Positions 28,511-40,449 of a stretch of 64,000 bases of DNA are shown here, piece by piece. Location: NCBI RefSeq assembly GCF_009914755.1, contig NC_060927.1. One strand, 5' to 3'. The translations under genes were made by a program, and so were the position numbers. The notes beneath the pieces are model-generated. The model ran no database searches. It saw nothing but the letters and a program-made list of their open reading frames with translations, and was not told the DNA's origin. This DNA is from the human T2T-CHM13v2.0 reference genome, Homo sapiens. How positions within the stretch are numbered: position 1 is the stretch's first letter; each line of letters starts with the position of its first letter.

Positions 28511-31500
28511 TGAAAACCAAAAGAATTCACAGATACTTTGAAAGAAGTGGCAGGTCACTGAAAATTCCATGAGACAGGCAAAAATCTCTTGTGCTCTCTT
28601 GAAAGCACCACTTCATGGCTGGAGGCCAACCAACTCAGGACATTACAGAAACTCATACAGAATAACCCTGTTCCCAGGAAGGAGGAAACAACAGCTAATT
28701 CTGCTACCTGCAACATCCCGGCTAACCAGTGGTCCTGAGTCTGTCCATGTGACAATTTCACTGCTAGCATAACAAGCATTCGAGAAAGCCAGCACACCAA
28801 ACATATCTACAACAGAGGACTCTCACAGAGTCTACTTTACTCCCCTCCCACCTCCACCAGAGCAAGTGCTGGTATCCATAGCTGGGAAACCTGAAGACAG
28901 ATAACATCACAAGCCACTTTGCAGACATTCCCCAGCACCAGGCCAGAGGCTGGTGGCCCTATTGTGTGACTATACCCAGAAGAGTAATAACAATCACTGC
29001 AGTGTGGCTCACAGGAAGCCCCATCTTTAGTGGAAGGAGGCGTGCACCACAACAAGAGACCGTGGGACAAAAGAATCTGAACAGCAGCCCCTAAGTTCCA
29101 GACCTTTCCACCGAAATAGTCTACCCAAATGAGAAGGAATCAAAAGGTAATTCTGGTAATATGCCAAAACAAGTTTCTATAACACCCCAGAAAGACCACA
29201 GCAAAGAATCCAAAACAAAAATAAAGCTTTGAATTCCCAGATAAATAATTCAGAAGATTGATATTAAGCTACTCAAAGAGATACCAGATAAAGGTGAAAA
29301 CCAACTTTAAAACAATTAAAAAAATACAGAATATGGATGAGAAATTCTTCAGAGAAATAAATATTAGAAAGAAAAATAATCACAACTTTGGAGATGAAAG
29401 ACACACTTAAGAGACATAAAAAATGACTGGAAACCTTCAAAAATAGCATCGAACAAGTAGAAGACAGAGCTTGAAGACAAGGCTTTCAAATTAACATAAT
29501 TACAGAGAGACAAAAAAAAAAAAGAAAATGAACAAAGCCTCTAAGGAATCTGGAATTATGTTAAATAGCCAAACCTAAGAATAATTGGTTTTCCTGAGGA
29601 AGAAGAGAAACCTAAAATTTTGGAAAACATATTTGAGGGAATAATTGAGGAAAAGTTCCCTGGCCTTGCTAGAGATCTAGACATCCAAATACAAGAAGCT
29701 CAAAGAACATTTGGGAAACTCATCCCAAAAAGATCATCACCCAGGCAAATAGTCGTCAGGTTACCTAAAGTCAAGAAAAGGGAAAAAAATCTTAAGAGCT
29801 GTGAGACAAAAGCACCAGGTAACCTGTAAAGGAAAACATATTAGATTATCGGCAGATTTCTCAACAGAAACTCTACAAGCCAGAAAGTATTGGGTCCTGT
29901 CTTTAGCCTCCTGAAACAAAATAATTGTCAACCAATAATTTTGTATCTAGCAAAACTGAGCTTCAAAAAATGAAGAAAAGATAAAGTATTTTTTTCAGAC
30001 AAACAAATGTTACTACCAAGGCTGCACTAAAGAAATGATAAAGAGTTCTAATCTTGAAACAAAATCTTAAAATACACCAAAATAGAAACTGTTTAATGTA
30101 TAAATCTCACAGTGCCTATAAAACAACACAATGAAAAAAAACCCAAGGTATTCAGGCAACAACTGACATGACAAATAGAACAGTACCTCACAGAAATACA
30201 AAAAAAAAAAAAAAAAAAAAACTACAAAAGATCTTTCAAGGTTACTATGAACACGTTTTTGCACACAAACTCAAAAAATCTAGAGGATATGGATAATTTC
30301 CTGGAAATATATAACCCTCCTAGATTAAATCAGGAAGAAATAGAAACTCTTAACCGACCAATAACAAGTAGTATAATTGAAACAGTAATTTAAAAAGGCA
30401 AATAAATAAAGTTCAGGACCAGATGGATTCACAGCTGAATTCTATCAGGCATTCACAGAAGAATTGGTGCCAATCTTACTGAAACTACTTCGAAAGAGAG
30501 AGAAAAAGGGAATCCTCCCTAAAGCATCCTATGAAGCCAATATCACCCTAATACCTAAACCAGGAAAAGATATAACAAACAAACAAACAAACAAAAAAGA
30601 AACTACAGATCAATATCCCTGGTGAACATAGATGCAAAAATCCTCAGCAAAATACTAGTTAATTGAATTCAACAGCATATTAAAAAGATAATCCACATGA
30701 TCAAGTTGGTTTTATGCCAGGGATTCAGGGATAGTTTAACATACACAAGTCAATGGATGTGATACATCACATACACAGAATTCAAAACAAAAATAATATG
30801 ATCATCTCAATAGATGCAGAAAAAGCATTTGACAAAATTCAGCATCACTTTATGATTAAAATACTCAGCAAAAGTGCCATAGAAGGAACATATCTCAAGA
30901 TAACAAAAGCTATCTATGACAAACCCACAGCCGACATTATACTGAATTGGGAAAAGTTGAAAGAACCAAGAACTAGAACAAGACAAGAATGGCCACTTTC
31001 ACCACCTCTATTCATTATAGTACTGGAATTCCTAGCTAGAGCAATTAGGCAAGAAAAAGAAATAAAATGCAACCAAATTGATAAAGAGGAAGTCAAATTG
31101 TTGCAGTTTGCCAATGATATGATTGTATAACTAGAAAGCCCTAAAGACTCGTCCAGAAAGCTCATGGAGAGGAAAAAGGAATTCAGTAAAGTTTCAGGAT
31201 TGAAAATCAATGTACACAAATCAGTAGTGCTGCTATACACCAAGGGTGAGCAAGCTGAGAATCAAACCAAGAACTCAATTCCTTTTACAACAGCTGTGAA
31301 AAAAAATAAAATAAAATACTTAGGGATATAACTAACCAATGAAAGATGAAAGATGGATGATCTCTAAAAGGAAAACTACAAAACACTGCTGAAAGAAATC
31401 ATCAATGACACAATCAAATGGAAACACATCCCATGCTCATGGATGGGTAGAATCAATATTGTGAAAATGATCATACTGCCAAAAACAATCTATACATTCA

Positions 31501-33775
31501 ATGCATTTCCCATGAAAATACCACCATCATTCTGAAATGGGAGGAGTTCCCTTATCCCCCTCCTAGGGTGTGTGATAGGGGTGTGGCTCGCTTCTTTGGT
31601 GCCCCGCTGCTCAAACCCCTAGGGGGAGCATGCAGACAGGGGCAGGTTGTGGGGTGCATTTTGGGGCTCTGACCCCACAGCAACGTATAGGGTGAGTGTT
31701 AGAGCTCTCAAAGCCCCAGTGAGTGTGTATTACAGTGTGCTTTGTCAGGTTTGTCATCTTGTGGCTTGTGTTAATCAGCTCAATTAGACCCTCTACCTTA
31801 TGTCAAGGACAGAGGGCTTTCTGTATCCTCGGTTCTTGACCTAGTGTCACAGAAAAATCAGATCACACATGGGCTTGGAGGATGGGTCCAAGGTTCTATT
31901 GAGTGGTGGAGGTAGCTCTCACCAAGGTGGACTGGGAGCCAGAAGGGGGATGGAGTGGGAAGGTGGTTTTCCTCTGAATCAAGCTGCCCAGTGGCCAGAC
32001 TCTCCTCTGACTGTCCCTGACCAAATTCCACGTCATTCCCCCTCAATGGCCTGCCAGTGTCTACTGGTGTCTGTCAGTGTGCTCTTCTGCTCCTTTTGAT
32101 GTCCAGCTGCTTGTGTCTCTGCCCACTAGGGTCTCAGGTTTCTATGGGCACAGAATGGAGGGCATGGCATGCCAGAGTGGTCTTGGAAAATGCAACATTT
32201 GGGTGCAAAAACAGGAGTGCCTGCTCTCACTTAGTTCCATGGGCACAAGCCTGAGAGTGGAGCCGTCGCCAGAGACCCCACCTTTTTCTATCCAGCACAT
32301 CCCTGTCCCACTGCCATGTCAATTCTTCACAGAACTAGAAAACACAATCCTAAAAGTGATGTGGAACCGTAAAAGAGACTACATAGCCAAAGCAAGATTA
32401 AATAAAAAGAATAAATCTGGAGGCATCACATTACACTACTTCAAATTATACTACTAGGCCATAGTCACCAAAATAGCATGGCTCTGGTATAAAAATAGGC
32501 ACATAGACCAATTGAACAGAATAGAGAACGCAGAAATAAAGCCAAATATTTGCAGTCAGCTGGTCTTCAAAAAGCAAACAAAAACTTGCGGTGGGGAAAG
32601 GACACCCTACTCAGCAAATTGTGCTGTTATAATTGTCAAGCCACATGGAGAAGAAGTAAGCTGGGTCCTCATCTCTTACCTTATACAAAAATCAACACAA
32701 GATGGATCAAAACCTTCTAGACATTGGTTTAGGCAAATAATTCATGACCAAGAATCCAAAAGCAAATACAGCATATAAAAAAATGAGTAGATGGGACCTA
32801 ATTAAAGCCAAAGAAATAATCAGCAGACTAAGCAGGCTGCCTACAAAGTGGGAGAACATATTTGTAAACTATGCATTCGGCAAAGGACTAATATCCAGAA
32901 ACTACAAGAAACTCAAAGAAATCAGCAAGAAAAAACAAATAATCCCATCCAAAAGTGAGCAAAGGACATGATTAGACGGTTCTCAAAAGAATATATACAA
33001 ACAGCCAATAAACACATGAAAAAATGCTCAACATCACTAATCGTCAGGGAGATCCAAATTAAAACTACAATAGGATACCACCTTTCTCCTGCAAGAATGG
33101 CCATTGGTAAAAGGTCAAAAAAAATAGATGTTGGCATTATGTGGTTAAAAAAAAAAGGAACATTTATACACTGCTGGTGAGAATATAAATTAATACAACC
33201 ATTTAAAAGTAGAACTACCATTTGATCCAGCAATCCCAGTACTGGGTATCTACTCAGAGGAAAAGAAGTCATTATATGAAAAAGACACTCGTACACACAT
33301 TTATAGCAGGACAATTTGCAATTGCAAAAATATGTAACAAGCCTCAATGCCCATCAACAAGCAAGTAGATAAAGAAAATGTGATATATATATATCTGCCA
33401 TGGAATACTGCTCAGCCATAAAAAGGAACAAAATAATGGCATTTGCAGCAACTGGGATGTTAGAGACCATTATTCTAAGTGAAGTAACTCAGGAATGGAA
33501 AACCAAACATTTTATGTTCTCACTTAAAAGTGGGAGCTAAGCTATGAGGATGCAAAGGCATAAGAGTTACATAATGAACTTTGGGGACTTGGAGAGAAGA
33601 TTGGCAGGTGGTGAAAAACAAAAGACTACACATTGGGTACAGAGTAAGCTGCTCAGGTGATAGGTGCACCAAAATTTCAGAAATCACCACTAAAGAACTT
33701 TTCCATGCAATGAAACACCACCTTATTCCCCTACAACAACTGAACGAAAATAAAAATAAAATTAAAATAAAATAA
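28511..33775 (+). mobile_element. L1PB with apparently spliced 5'UTR, endonuclease-domain deletion and MER50 insertion
   Basis: ORF1 remnant (29620-29829), RT remnant (30753-31130, [14 protein letters not shown]), 3'UTR and A-rich tail near 33750-33775. Confidence 0.9.
31533..32321 (-). mobile_element. MER50-like solo LTR inserted in L1 ORF2
   Basis: TG...CA ends; TSD attc at 31529-31532 and 32322-32325; L1 ORF2 sequence is continuous across it. Confidence 0.85.
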
Positions 33776-33896
33776 AGGCAAAAAATCATGGGGGAAATGG
33801 GCTCCAGTACAAGGACTCCTGACAAAAGATTATTAAGCTTTGTGTAACTGTTGACTTTGGCAAGAAACTCATTATTAAACTAAGAATGTTTTTGTC

Positions 33897-34194
33897 GGCT
33901 GGGCGCGGTGGCTCACGCCTGTAATCCCAGCACTTTGGGAGGCTGAGGTGGGCAGATCACGAGGTCAGGAGATCGAGACCGTCCTGGCTAACGCGGTGGA
34001 ACCCCGTCTCTACTAAAAATACAAAAATATTAGCCGGGCCTGGTGGCGTGCGCCTGTAGTCCCTGCTACTCAGGAGGCTGAGTCAGGAGAATGGGGTGAA
34101 CCCGGGACGGGGAGCTTGCAGTGAGCAGAGATCGCGCCACTGCACTCCAACCTGGGCGACAGAGCGAGACTCCAACTCCAAAAAAAAAAAAAAA
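33897..34194 (+). mobile_element. AluY
   Basis: AluY diagnostics (gagatcgagacc, ggctaac, gagcttgcag); many CpGs retained; 15-bp TSD aagaatgtttttgtc. Confidence 0.95.
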
Positions 34195-36859
34195 AAGAAT
34201 GTTTTTGTCCTTTAGATGTGGGATATCAGGACACTTCCTGGCTTTGTTAAGTGCCGGGTCTGTTTAGCAGACATTATTCATCTATTCCCTTAACTGGAAA
34301 TATCTTAAATATCTTGTCACTAGGAATGCTCATCCTTCTGGGAATGCAACCCAGCAGGTCTCAGCCTCATTTTACCCAGCCTCTATTCAAGATGAAGTTG
34401 CCCTGGTTCCCACGACTCTGATATAATAATAATTTTACAGCAATTAGTTACAAAAGACTAATATATTCACCAACTAAGATCCCTCTGGCAAACTTTCTCT
34501 TATTTTGGAGTTGGCAAAAAGCATGATAAAATTTATGACCAGCCAGAAAAAGCAAAGACATTATATTGTGGTATCCAGCAAGATAAGAATTCTACTGATT
34601 TGTCTTTTTTGCTTAATTATATATGGAAAGCTTTTAGAACAGGTACTGGCACATACTTGGCACTCCAGTCAATAAATAAATTTTGAATAAGTAAATTTTG
34701 TTTTCTAGGTGAATACTAGTATTAACAGAATTTAAGATACTTCCTAGTAAAAGCTACAATTTAAATCTCTTCAATTATACCATGTTTTGTGATGCTTTTC
34801 AGTATGCTTTCTTATATTTTATTTGATCCTGACAATAATTCTAGAGATGAATAAAGAAAGCGTGATTGATATCTTTTAACAAATTGTCCAAGGTTAAGTA
34901 AATTTTCCACGATTACATAATTAATTAAAAAAATGTGATTTCATCTTGATCTTCTACCAACTTCTTTTTCATAAAGCAGGTATTTTTAAGCATCAGAATT
35001 TACTGTTAATTGAAAAATTTTCATGATTTTAAACAATTATCCAGGAGCCATAAATAGCATTCATTACCTTGTTTCATGAAAATAGTTTATGAAAATAGTA
35101 CATTATATGAAATACTCAATACTTATTGATAAATATGTAGTGAAAACAGAATCTTTATGGCTTCGTGAATTGCCTTTTTTTAGCATTAAAACTATCTGAG
35201 AATAGGCTCTGTTTATTAAGTTAGTTCTTTAAATTAAGGAGATTCTACTACTGATTATTTGTTTATCCTTTTGTTTAAAAATGAGTAATCATGTTCTAAC
35301 TCCTCAATAATTTTGTTTTCTTATCTAATACATTAACTTTTATTACCCAAATATGATACACAGAACTCAAGCTCTTGTAAATAAGTGTTAATTACAAATA
35401 ATATCCAAGGTCTATTGTTTGTAATGGTTTGTTAAATAACATTAAGCAGAATTTTGTTGTTATTGTTTGTTTCTCATTTAGATTAGCTTTGCTTAGGTTT
35501 AAATGAGAACAGCTTATAATATTTAACATACCAATGCGAAGCGTGACTTCTAAAATTGTAGTTATAATAAACAGTGTTTCCCTCATCTGTTTGAACATGA
35601 AAAAAGTTTCTCCCCTATAGGGCATCTTGAGAAATTACCGTTCGTGGATCACACTCAGAGTTGTAGTGGCCAAGGATTTTATCTTATATTTAGCTAACTC
35701 TTCTGAATTAATGGTTGTAATTACTGGTTTCTGTAATTCATGGTTCTTCCACTATTTTAGATTGTTTCAACTATAAGGGAGTAAATGGATAAGTTAAGTG
35801 TTCGTGCAATTTTTATTAAATAAAATGAAAATAGGAAAAGAAAAAAGGGAACGCTAACCTACTTTTTATCCGGTTCATTATAAGGTAGTGCAAGACACCC
35901 TTAGACCTAGCATGGGATACATAGATATGGTTAAGTTGTCTGGTTTACATTTCTCTACATTCAGAATTAGACAGTATGTATTTCTTTCAATGATCTATAA
36001 TTCACATTTTGTAAATACTATCTTCTATCTATGTGCATCTATAATTACATTGTTAGAGTATTTAACTATAATATATTATTCTAATGATTGTATAGCCAAT
36101 AAGCCCAAGCTGCATGCAGTGATAATTAGCTTATTGCAAAAATACAGAAGAAAGGCAATCAAAGTCCATACATAATGGTCAACCCACTGAAGGGTCTTAG
36201 TTATGAAATATTAACCAACTGAGGACGTGGTTTGAAAAAAGTTACTTTAGCAAAAAGAAAAAAGGAAACAAAGCAGATAACAGATACAAGAGGCATGTCC
36301 ACGAGCATGGGCATGTCTATGAGCGTACTATTCTGATTCATAACCAGATCTCATCAGAGATGAGAGGCCACATGAGTTAACAATGATACAGCAGAAGACA
36401 GGAGATGGGAAAGAAGATCTGTTGATTTTAGTCTTGGAAGATTCTACTTTGAGTGGCAATTTTAAAGAATATCAGGAATATTATATTTCTTTCCCTTATA
36501 GATCCAGTCTCACTCCTTGATTCTCCATTCGATGCTTATTTACATGTCCTTACATTTTAAATGTTGTATAAAGACCTTCCACTTTTAAAAACCATATAGA
36601 CAAAGTATAGAGGCTAAATACAACTACAAACTATAACAAAAATATTGGATATTTATTTATATAAGAATTGCTATATACTTTGATATGCATTACTCTATAT
36701 ATATGTAAAATTCATACACTCCTATAAAATTAAGGTTTAAATTATAAAAATAGATAACTGAAGATTTGTTGAGGAGAGGTTGAAAAAAGTATAAGTACTT
36801 TTTACCTCCTTGGGCTTCTCCCACAGTTTTTCCAAAGGCTGCAAAGCTATTATTTACAT

Positions 36860-37192
36860 CTGGTTCCCTAAAAGCCGACCTCCAATAGGAAATTTTATGC
36901 TATTGATTCATTAAGATAGTGTTCTCAGGAGAAACAAGTAAGGGAGTGAGGGAAGCAAGGTGGAGAAGGAGAAGGAGCTGCACAAGATGTGCTTTCAGGT
37001 GAAGACTAAGTTCGTTCTGATCCCCTGTGAACTTGGACCACAAATGACAAGACAGTTTGTCATCCCCTGAAGTCAGGAAGCGGGGCTGTTGTTCACCTTC
37101 AACACCCTCGTTTGTGATTAACTGTGGGATGCAAGGTGGAGGGAGGGAAAGGGTGAACCAGTCTAACACCCAGTCACTTTTAGGAAGGTGAG
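36860..37192. mobile_element. LTR16-like ERVL LTR fragment
   Basis: 'gtgttctcaggagaaacaagtaagggagtgagggaagcaagg' motif. Confidence 0.5.
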
Positions 37193-37752
37193 TGTGATAG
37201 TTAATTTTATGTCTCAACTTGACTGGGCCATAGCACACCGAAGCATTCGGTTGAATATTAATCCGGATGTTTCTGTGAGGTTGTTTCTGGATGAAATGAA
37301 CATTTTTGTAGACTGAGTAAAGTAGTTTGCCGCCTCTCCCGACCCAACAATGTGGGTGGGGCTCATCCAATCAGTTGAAGGCGTTACTAGAACAAAAATG
37401 CTGACCTTTTCATGAGTAAGGGGGGAAGTCCTCCTGCCTGACTACCTTTGAACTGGGACATGTGCCTTTTTTTTCTGCCTTCAGACTCAAACTAAACGTC
37501 AGCTTTTCCCGGCTCTCAAGCCTGCTGGTCCCTGAACTAAAACTCACATTATCAACTCTACTGGTTCTTAGGCCTTTGGAGTCAGACTGGAACTACAGCA
37601 TTGACTCTTCCGGAACTCCAGCTTACTGACTACAGATCTTGGAACTTTTCAGCTTCCACAACCATGTAAGCCAATTCCTTTCTAATAAATAAGTCTCTCT
37701 CTGTATATACATCCTACTGGTTCTGTTTCTCTGGAGAATTCCAACTAACGAG
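37193..37752 (+). mobile_element. MLT2B-type ERVL solo LTR
   Basis: 'tgtgatagttaattttatgtctcaacttgactgggcca...ggttctgtttctctggagaa'; 5-bp TSD gtgag. Confidence 0.9.
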
Positions 37753-38017
37753 GTGAGAAATAGCTTCTATAACATAAATGAAAAGCTCCAGAAAATATTG
37801 GTCTTAAAGTAAACGTTGTTTCTTATGAAACGTTTCCTGTGATTTAACCCCATATTTACTGTCTAAATGTATCTGTCTAAAATAATTTTCAGGATTCTAA
37901 TTTCACTGAATTTTTATACAGGTACCCTATCATTCACTTTCAACAAAGCTATTCTATATACTAAATTACCGCTGTGTTCTTTTTGGAAACCTAATATTTA
38001 GAAAAATCCAGAAGATA

Positions 38018-38090
38018 ATCTATCTATTACTTAAACCTGAAACACTTAAATCTATCTATTACTTAAATTTATCTATTACTTAAAGCTGAA
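38018..38090. repeat. Short imperfect repeat, three copies of tatctattacttaaa
   Basis: Directly visible. Confidence 0.8.
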
Positions 38091-39109
38091 ATGCTTACTT
38101 TTTAGCAAACATTTGCTTTGTTACCTATTTCTGAGAGTGCGAAAGCTTCCTTTGAAAATGAGACATAAAATCAAGAAATGCAATTAAAGCTTTAGGACTG
38201 GAAATTTCTCACAGATTATCTTGTCCAATATACTTTTTTTTTTTCATACAAGTAAACTGAGGGAGAATATGAAGTCAGTAAGCAATAGGGGACATATAGG
38301 AGAAAACTTTTTACTTTACATTTTTAAGTTTTAACACCTTGATCAGCAATTATTTTTAGTTGTAGCTTAGTATAAAGTCATTTATATACCATACATTTTT
38401 AATGTTGAAATCTTATTGCTTATGGTTCTAAATTCAACTCAAAAAATGCCTCAGATGCAATTTGCCAGTAAATATTTTATTAAAAGAATGTATCCTTCAT
38501 AGAGAACAGATTATAGTGAACACAATATAGCCATTCTTTTTAAAACAGTTTATTACTACAAATCTTTGGAAAAAAATAATAATGGTGGTTGATAACAATA
38601 TCAACATAGCCATATTAACACATTTTATCAAATATCCCTGTGAGGTCAGTACTTTCATTAACCTATTTTCATTAACATATGATTAAACTGTGGTGTCTGA
38701 ACTCAGTTGTCCTGGCTCACAAAATGGCCTTATCAACCACGATATTCTTCTCTAGAGCAAACATATTATCAACACAGAAACTACTGTTTAAAGCATTTGA
38801 ATATACATTTAAACCATTTTCATACATATTTGCTGGAAACTTATATGAACTAAATACTATTTTACCACTTTTCTTGTTTTGGCTATGAAATAAAACATTG
38901 AAAAATTATTGGGTGTAACCTAGTGAGGAAGTGGAAAACCATGTGCTTTAGTCCTTCCCTTAATCAGTGTGTGAGTAATAAAGCTTGCTATTTAATATGA
39001 AGATGATGATCTTGATCCACTGTCAAAGGACATGTATGTGGGGCTGCTTTCACTGTTAATAAAGGATTACATAAGCTATACTTATTATTCTTAGGAAAAA
39101 TTGCAATGG

Positions 39110-39285
39110 CACAGAAGTTAGGAGGCCTTGGGTTTAATTTCTGCTCTGTAAGTAGTTATTTGGCTTTAGCCAAGTCATTTAACTCTACAAGAATCATTTT
39201 CCTCTTCTTGAAAGTGAAGAGGTAGGAATTTTGACCTAGATCAGTTTATAGATTCTTTCTAGGTCTGTTCCAACGTTCTATGAGT
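39110..39285 (+). mobile_element. MIR
   Basis: 'ccttgggtttaatttctgctctg...gccaagtcatttaactct...ttttcctcttcttgaaagtg'. Confidence 0.6.
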
Positions 39286-40449
39286 CTATAATCTAGACCT
39301 CATTAGTGGTGTGCTACTAGTACTAATCAGGCCCAAAGAAATATATTAAGTTGCATTTTGTATGTGATAGGTGCTGCCAGATTTTAGATTCCTACTTTTA
39401 ATTTCTGTTTGAGATCCTCTTCTACCTTCTGTATGCTTTTTTAGAAAGCTTTGCTCTTAGAAAAGAACCAAAATACATGGATTGATTGAGATCATTCAAG
39501 AATTTTTAAATTATTTTACAAATTAGATTATAAAGATTAAACCTCATTAATAAGAATAAATTAAATGTTTAAATGTTAGAAAAAAACATCAGGTTGGCCA
39601 GTCTAACAGTTCCCTATCTGAACTGAAAGAAAAATTAAATATATTATTATACTTTATCCATGTAGGAAAGTTATGTAACATGTCAAGAGTGAAGAATGAG
39701 TTTGGAAAAGTTGCTCTTCATGGCATTCTTTTACTGTGAACTTCAAATGGTGTGCTTGAGCTGTTGGAAGCAGGCTGACACAATTGGAAAACACTGAATT
39801 AGTGGGAGGTAAGGGAGGTATCTGCAACAGCTGAAGTAAAATGAACTTTTCTGCAGAGAAAAGCAGCTTAGTTACAACCCTCAAAGCTCAAACGTCAATC
39901 CGTCCCCAAGCAGGACAAGTGTGGGTGATATATGGAAAGGCTATTTTAAAATCCGCTTGAGCTTGCCAATCTGGAGATTTGCCCAGGAAAGAGAGCCTCA
40001 GAAAAATCACGATGCAAACAAGCAAATTTTATCAAATTTATGCAGAACTTGAGAGTCACAGAAACTAATTGGACAGAATCCCATCTAAAATTTCATCATT
40101 AATAACTACTATGACAGATAGTTCTTTTAACGGTCTTTTCTTTCATGTCTGTTTCAATGACTTAATAAGTATGTGTATTTGCTTTGTGCAATATCATGAC
40201 AGAAAAAATACTTTCCCAACATGTCCTTATAAAGCTAATTCTGTTCTTTTGGACCTCGCTGAATCTTCTATCATTTTTCAAACATGGCTATGCTGTCAAA
40301 TAGAAGTGGTAGGGACATTTTTTTCTAAAGTCAGAGCATTTCATTTTGAATGTTTAAGAAAATCACAAAAGCCAAGTGTTACTTTCCTTTAAAATAAAGG
40401 TTTGTTTAACATCTCGCATTATGCAAAATATTTAAGTGACATTAAATAA

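Larger units (their letters stand above)
28331..34423 (-). mobile_element. MER41-family solo LTR split by an L1PB and an AluY
   Basis: 3' end 'tgttagcggaaatgtgtcctgatccagaccccaagagagag' at 28331; 5' end 'ctcagcctcattttacccagcctctattcaagatg...ctctgata' ending at 34423; near-TSD taac/taat. Confidence 0.8.

Noticed and set aside
36900-37370. 156-aa minus-strand ORF
   Set aside because: It spans the LTR16-like/MLT2B junction; chance ORF.
37362-37374. DUX4-like TCATCCAATCA in MLT2B
   Set aside because: It mismatches the TAAYCYAATCA core and appears to be generic to MLT2 copies.
38018-38090. Spaced short repeats superficially like a CRISPR array
   Set aside because: Eukaryotic context, only three AT-rich copies, irregular tiny spacers and no cas genes.
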